Of a DNA stretch of 64,000 nucleotides, positions 59,557-64,000 are shown in pieces (positions within the stretch are counted from its first letter, which is position 1; every line of letters begins with the position of its first letter). The position numbers and the translations under genes are program-made. The notes under the pieces are model-generated. The model did no database searches and was not told the origin of the DNA. It saw only the letters and a program-made list of their open reading frames with translations. This DNA is from an uncultured Bacilli bacterium (GTDB lineage Bacteria > Bacillota_I > Bacilli_A > RF39 > UBA660). The stretch lies in NCBI GenBank assembly GCA_934140575.1, contig CAKPBJ010000004.1:33274-97273 (forward strand). Direction: 5' to 3'.

Positions 59557-60918
59557 TTATTCATATCTTCTTATAATATTTTCTGCTGCTTTTTTCCCTG
59601 CTTCCATAGCAAGTATTACTGTAGCTGCTCCTGTTACAGCATCTCCTCCAGCATATATATTACTTTCTGTTGTCTCATAATTATTAACTATAATTAATCC
59701 CTTTTCATTTAATTTGATATTAGATTCTTTTAATGATTCATGATTTTGTAATGTACCTAGAGCCATTATTACCATGTCACATTTTACTCTTTTATTAGAA
59801 CCTTCTATTCCTTTTACTTTTCTTCTTCCATCTTCTCCTGGTTCTCCTAATTCCATATCAACATATTCAATTCCTGTTACATTATTATTTTCATCTTTAA
59901 TAATTCTTTTAGGATTTTTTAATATATCAAAAATAATACCTTCTTCTTTAGCATGACGGACTTCAGTTTTTCTAGCAGGCAACTCTTCCTCACTTCTTCT
60001 ATACATTAAGTGAGTTTCAATTCCAAGTCTTTTTAGAGATCTTGCGGCATCCATTGCGACATTACCTCCACCTATTACATAAGCGATACCTGACTTTTTA
60101 ATTGGAGTTTTTGAATTATCTTTATAACTTTTCATAAGATTTATTCTAGTTAATATTTCGTTTGCAGAAAAAACTTCATTTGCATCTTCTCCATCTATTC
60201 CCATAAATTTAGGTATTCCGGCACCAGTTCCAATAAATATTGCATCATATTCTTCTTTTAATTCATTTATAGTAATTGCATTTCCAACTGGTATATTTAA
60301 TTTTATTTTTACACCTTGTTTTTTTAAGTTATCAATTTGTTTGTTTACTATTTCTTTTGGTAATCTAAATTCTGGTATACCATAAGTTAATACTCCTCCA
60401 GCTTTATGAAGAGATTCATATATAACAACGCTAAACCCATGTTTTATTAATTCTGATGCACATGCTAAACCTGCTGGTCCACTTCCTATGATTGCGACTT
60501 TCTTATTATTCTTTTCTTTTATAAATTTGCTTTGCATATTATCAAGTAGTGCTTTATCAGATACATATCGTTCTAATGCTCCTATTGCAATTGAATCTCC
60601 TTTTATTCCTCTAACACATTTTCCTTCACATTGTTTTTCTTGAGGACATACTCTTCCACAGATTGCTGATAATGAAGATGATTCACTTATAATTATATAG
60701 GCTTTTTCTATATCTTGTTCTTTTATTGCACTTATAAATTCTGGTATTTTAATGTTTATTGGACATCCTTCTACGCACCTTGGAATCTTACAATTTAGAC
60801 ATCTGCTTGCTTCTTTTACTGCTTCTTCATCATTATAGCCAAGCTCTACTTCTTCAAAGTTTTTATTTCTTACATCAGGTCTTTGTGTTCTCATTGGTAT
60901 TTTTTCTAAATTAATCAC
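59557..60918 (-). CDS. nfnB: NADPH-dependent glutamate-synthase-beta-like oxidoreductase (NfnB/SudA-type)
   Basis: The 453-aa ORF has N-terminal Fe-S Cys clusters (CLNCKIPRCVEGCP; CGRVCPQEKQCEGKC) and two FAD/NAD(P) Rossmann folds (IIGSGPAGLA, VIGGGNVAMD). Confidence 0.75.
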   Translation of the reverse strand: MINLEKIPMRTQRPDVRNKNFEEVELGYNDEEAVKEASRCLNCKIPRCVEGCPINIKIPEFISAIKEQDIEKAYIIISESSSLSAICGRVCPQEKQCEGKCVRGIKGDSIAIGALERYVSDKALLDNMQSKFIKEKNNKKVAIIGSGPAGLACASELIKHGFSVVIYESLHKAGGVLTYGIPEFRLPKEIVNKQIDNLKKQGVKIKLNIPVGNAITINELKEEYDAIFIGTGAGIPKFMGIDGEDANEVFSANEILTRINLMKSYKDNSKTPIKKSGIAYVIGGGNVAMDAARSLKRLGIETHLMYRRSEEELPARKTEVRHAKEEGIIFDILKNPKRIIKDENNNVTGIEYVDMELGEPGEDGRRKVKGIEGSNKRVKCDMVIMALGTLQNHESLKESNIKLNEKGLIIVNNYETTESNIYAGGDAVTGAATVILAMEAGKKAAENIIRRYE

Positions 60919-61744
60919 TTTTCTTTTCCCCTCTATTTTTCAATTTTTTCTCTTCTTCTTTATAAATATTCAATCTCTTAAGTGCAATATCAAAATCTAT
61001 TTTATGTCCATCAAATTCTGGCCCATCAATACAAGCAAATTTCGGTTTTCCTTCCACTTCACAGCGACAAGCTCCACACATTCCTGTTCCATCTACCATT
61101 ATTGGATTCATACTAACAATCGTCTTTAAATTATATTTTTTGGTTAGTTCTGACACATTTTTCATCATTATAACTGGGCCTATGGCAACACATATATCAT
61201 ATTCATTAATATGTTTTTTTAAAACATCTGTAACAAATCCCTTCTCTCCATATGTTCCATCATCTGTTGTATAATAAACTTTATCTGCGACTTTTTCAAT
61301 TTTTTCTTTTATAATTAATAAATCTTTATTTCTTGCTCCATATATAACATCTATATTAAAACCCTTTTCTTTCAAATATTTTACTTGTGGGTATACTGGA
61401 GCAATTCCTACTCCACCTGCTACATAAACTATTCTTTTATTTTGATAGTTATCTGGATTTTTACATATTTCATTTGGATTACCTAATGGTCCAGTTAGTG
61501 CAAATATTTCTTCTTTGTTTTCTGATAATTCTTTTGTTGATGCTCCTACTACTTGATATATTAAATTTAGAATGCCATCATCTAGATTATAATCATATAT
61601 TGTTAGTGGTATTCTTTCGCTATCTTCTTGTGACATTATAATTACAAATTGTCCAGGCAGAGCTTTTTTTATAACTATTGGACATTTTATACTTAATAAA
61701 TAACTATTTTTATTTATCTTCTCGTTTTTTAATATCTTATACAT
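60911..61744 (-). CDS. nfnA: ferredoxin-NADP reductase-like subunit (NfnA/SudB/PyrK-type)
   Basis: The 277-aa ORF has the PyrK-like FAD-binding fold and a C-terminal 2Fe-2S Cys cluster (CGACRCEV...C). It overlaps nfnB by 8 nt. Confidence 0.7.
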   Translation of the reverse strand: MYKILKNEKINKNSYLLSIKCPIVIKKALPGQFVIIMSQEDSERIPLTIYDYNLDDGILNLIYQVVGASTKELSENKEEIFALTGPLGNPNEICKNPDNYQNKRIVYVAGGVGIAPVYPQVKYLKEKGFNIDVIYGARNKDLLIIKEKIEKVADKVYYTTDDGTYGEKGFVTDVLKKHINEYDICVAIGPVIMMKNVSELTKKYNLKTIVSMNPIMVDGTGMCGACRCEVEGKPKFACIDGPEFDGHKIDFDIALKRLNIYKEEEKKLKNRGEKKSD

Positions 61745-61812
61745 ATGTACCTCCTATAATTTTAGTATACCATGTTACTAATTCTACTATATAAATTTAA
61801 TTAAATAAATAC

Positions 61813-61849
61813 AATAAAAAAACTAGTAGTATTTTATATGATTACTAGT
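61813..61849 (-). terminator. rho-independent terminator downstream of the LD-carboxypeptidase gene
   Basis: ACTAGTA ... TACTAGT forms a 7-bp stem around a 14-nt loop, flanked by an A-run and a T-run. It is potentially bidirectional. Confidence 0.5.
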
Positions 61850-61853
61850 ATTT

Positions 61854-62867
61854 TTATTTTAGTTCGAATTTAATTTTTCCTTTATTATTTTTTACTGAAA
61901 TAGTTGCAATGCTACCATTAATGATTGTTAAGCATGGAGATTTATGCGTAATATCAGCATCATATATTATTGGTATGTTTAATTCACTTAGTACACTATC
62001 TTCTAGACAAGTTTTCGTGGTATAACCATAAACACTTTCTTCCCTACCAAATCTTCCAAATATGATAGCTTTTGTATATTTAAAATAACCTAGTTCATTT
62101 AATTTCCATAGAACTCTTATTGTTGCATCACAACTTAGTTCACAATTATCAAAGTACCAAATAATTCCATCATCTTTGTATTTTTCTATAAAAGTTTTTG
62201 TACCATCATATTTGGTACCAGATAATTCACTTATTATATCTAGGCAACCTCCTATAATTCTTCCTGTTACCAATACATCTTTATTATCAAGTGTTTTCCA
62301 AAGTACTTTTTTATCTAAATTATAATACTCTAATCCAGTTACTGATTCTTGATAGCCATCTTCATATGATTCATAACTTTCTTCTTCTAAGTTTTCTCCT
62401 GTAATAATATTTAAAAAATCTTCTTGTGACTTATGTAATTTTTCCATTCCAAAAGGACTGAAGTTTTGTCCATAGATTGTTGCAACATCATATTTGGTAG
62501 TTAATGGAAATAAAATACATGTGGGATCTGAAAATCCTGCGACAAATTTATTGCAATTACTTAAGTCTTCAAAGTTTATATATGGTAGAGTTTCTATACA
62601 AAAATCTCCCCCTGTTGCGGATAAAATAAAATCTATATTATTATTTTTCGAAATATCATTTATCTCTTTTGCTCTATTAAATTTAGTTGTACTTCTTCCT
62701 TTTTCGTCATTATATAAATAAGCAGATTCTTTTACTTTAAAACCTTTTTCTTCTAAATTTTTCTTGGCATTTTTAAATTTATTTTTCTTTTGTTCTGAGT
62801 ATGCTCCAGCAGATGGGGCAATAATTCCTATTACATCTCCTTTATTTATAAATTTTGGGTATTTCAT
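61854..62867 (-). CDS. LD-carboxypeptidase (peptidase S66, LdcA-like)
   Basis: The 337-aa ORF has the N-terminal KGDVIGIIAPSAG motif and the S66 fold. Confidence 0.7.
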   Translation of the reverse strand: MKYPKFINKGDVIGIIAPSAGAYSEQKKNKFKNAKKNLEEKGFKVKESAYLYNDEKGRSTTKFNRAKEINDISKNNNIDFILSATGGDFCIETLPYINFEDLSNCNKFVAGFSDPTCILFPLTTKYDVATIYGQNFSPFGMEKLHKSQEDFLNIITGENLEEESYESYEDGYQESVTGLEYYNLDKKVLWKTLDNKDVLVTGRIIGGCLDIISELSGTKYDGTKTFIEKYKDDGIIWYFDNCELSCDATIRVLWKLNELGYFKYTKAIIFGRFGREESVYGYTTKTCLEDSVLSELNIPIIYDADITHKSPCLTIINGSIATISVKNNKGKIKFELK

Positions 62868-62876
62868 GTTACCTCC

Positions 62877-63851
62877 TTATAATTTATTATGTAATTTTAA
62901 TATTTCAATCAACATCTTATCTCTATATTCAGCAAGTGACTCATCTGTATTTCCAATTTCTGGATTTCTATTTTTTAATGCTTCTTCTACTCCTTTACGT
63001 GCAACTTCTGGAAATTTTTCTGGGAATTCTTTCCAATCTGCCATATCATTTAACCATAGATTTATAGATTCATTTAAATGTTTCATTAAACCATCAATGT
63101 GTACTTTTCCTCCACCTAATTCAAATACTAAACTAGGTCCCATAATTGCCCATCTAATTCCTGGTCCGTATGTTACAGCTTTATCAGCATCTTCAATTGT
63201 ACATACTCCTCTCATAACAAGGTCACATACTTCTCTATAAACTGCCATTTGAATTCTATTACAAATAAATCCAAGAGCTTCTTTTTGTAATATTACTGGT
63301 TCTTTCTTTATAGATTTATATAAATCATAAGCTAATTTTACATTTTCTTCTTTAGTCTTTTCTCCTTTAGTTATTTCTACAAGAGGTATTAAATGTGGTG
63401 GATTATATGGATGAGCTCCAATGAATCTTTCTGGATGTTGTGCATTTTTAGCAATTTCTGTTATTAAAAGACCTGAAGTAGATGAGGCAACAATAGCATC
63501 TTCTGGTGCAAATTTTTCTATTTCTTCAACAATTGACCATTTAATTTCATATTTTTCTGGTCCTGATTCAACAATAAATTTAGAATTTTTAACTGTCTTT
63601 TCAATTGATGTTGAGTAATCAATTCTCTTTTCTATTTTTTCTATTTTATTTGGATTTATAACTTTATTTTGAGCAAGATTTTCTAGTGATTCATGAATTC
63701 TTTCTTTAGCAAGTTTAAGGGATTCATCATTTATATCATAAACATGTACTGGATGTCCATTCATAGCAAATGAAAGTGCCCATGAATATCCTATTACACC
63801 AGAACCTACTATAGCTATATCCTTTATATCGTTTAATTTCAAATTTACCAT
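62877..63851 (-). CDS. 3-hydroxyacyl-CoA dehydrogenase family protein (NAD-binding)
   Basis: IAIVGSGVIGYSWALSFAMNGHPVHVYD is the Rossmann motif, and the 3HCDH C-terminal domain is present (AHPYNPPHLIPLVEI). Confidence 0.7.
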   Translation of the reverse strand: MVNLKLNDIKDIAIVGSGVIGYSWALSFAMNGHPVHVYDINDESLKLAKERIHESLENLAQNKVINPNKIEKIEKRIDYSTSIEKTVKNSKFIVESGPEKYEIKWSIVEEIEKFAPEDAIVASSTSGLLITEIAKNAQHPERFIGAHPYNPPHLIPLVEITKGEKTKEENVKLAYDLYKSIKKEPVILQKEALGFICNRIQMAVYREVCDLVMRGVCTIEDADKAVTYGPGIRWAIMGPSLVFELGGGKVHIDGLMKHLNESINLWLNDMADWKEFPEKFPEVARKGVEEALKNRNPEIGNTDESLAEYRDKMLIEILKLHNKL

Positions 63852-63978
63852 CTCCTATTTTTATATTATCACTTTATTAGATTATTTGGTGAATTAAATT
63901 TAGTTGATTTACAATTATATTACATTTAACTTTAAGGTGTGCTATTATATAGTAAATGAGTTCTAAGGAGGATCTATA

Positions 63979-64000
63979 TGGATGATAATACTTTTATAAT
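63979..64000 (+). CDS. start of an unidentified gene (partial)
   Basis: AGGAGG lies 6 nt upstream of ATG 63979 (MDDNTFI...). The ORF runs off the window. Confidence 0.3.

Noticed and set aside
1-64000. CRISPR arrays, rRNA genes, IS elements with terminal inverted repeats, and integrase or transposase genes.
   Set aside because: None was detected. No regularly spaced short repeats and no recombinase-like ORFs are present, including within the accessory segment.

Overview
This 64 kb window comes from a very AT-rich, low-GC Firmicute that looks clostridial. It carries a Spo0A sporulation-regulator gene, and TGA is used as a stop codon (the uvrB stop overlaps the next ATG as ATGA). Nearly all genes are on the minus strand.

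Gene content, from low to high coordinate:
- The rpsI/rplM/truA end, then two tandem ABC ATPase genes in the position normally held by ecfA1 and ecfA2. Both are intact but have degenerate catalytic motifs, and no ecfT gene is present.
- An SDR oxidoreductase, then the full alpha/spc/S10 ribosomal cluster from rplQ back to rpsJ, including rpoA, infA, adk and secY. rpmD is absent and there is no map gene between adk and infA. An S10 promoter and a leader region follow.
- A Y-family DNA polymerase, an AAA(+DUF4143-type) ATPase and spo0A.
- A glycolytic block, gap-pgk ... tpiA, with a GT4 glycosyltransferase, a UPF0104 membrane protein and a small hypothetical gene inserted between pgk and tpiA.
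- A TGS-domain/uridine-kinase fusion, clpP, and then whiA-yvcK-lgt-(YvlD-like)-uvrA.
- A Cys-rich glycosyltransferase-like gene convergent with a radical-SAM/SPASM gene that is translationally coupled to uvrB.
- An accessory segment of roughly 7.5 kb (about 40107-47644). It is bounded on one side by the intact uvrB 5' end and on the other by a decayed duplicate of that same 5' end, with a 21-nt exact direct repeat just inside each end. It holds a YitT/M23 chimeric pseudogene, a four-gene plus-strand locus, and plasmid-partition-like remnants.
- The four-gene locus encodes a small secreted protein and a large secreted protein that share a SipW-cognate-like signal motif, a SipW-type signal peptidase fused to an 8-TM domain, and a bitopic membrane protein. 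The large protein carries FN3 and Hint domains.
- The partition-like remnants are a ParA N-terminal fragment, an RHH-like small gene and a 50-aa ORF.
- Downstream lie an ATP-grasp gene, a zinc-ribbon gene, a transglutaminase-like gene, ftsE-ftsX-M23 peptidase, two YitT paralogues, prfB with its +1 frameshift, ttcA-like and cysteine desulfurase genes, nfnAB, an LD-carboxypeptidase and a 3-hydroxyacyl-CoA-dehydrogenase-family gene.

No rRNA, tRNA or CRISPR array was seen.
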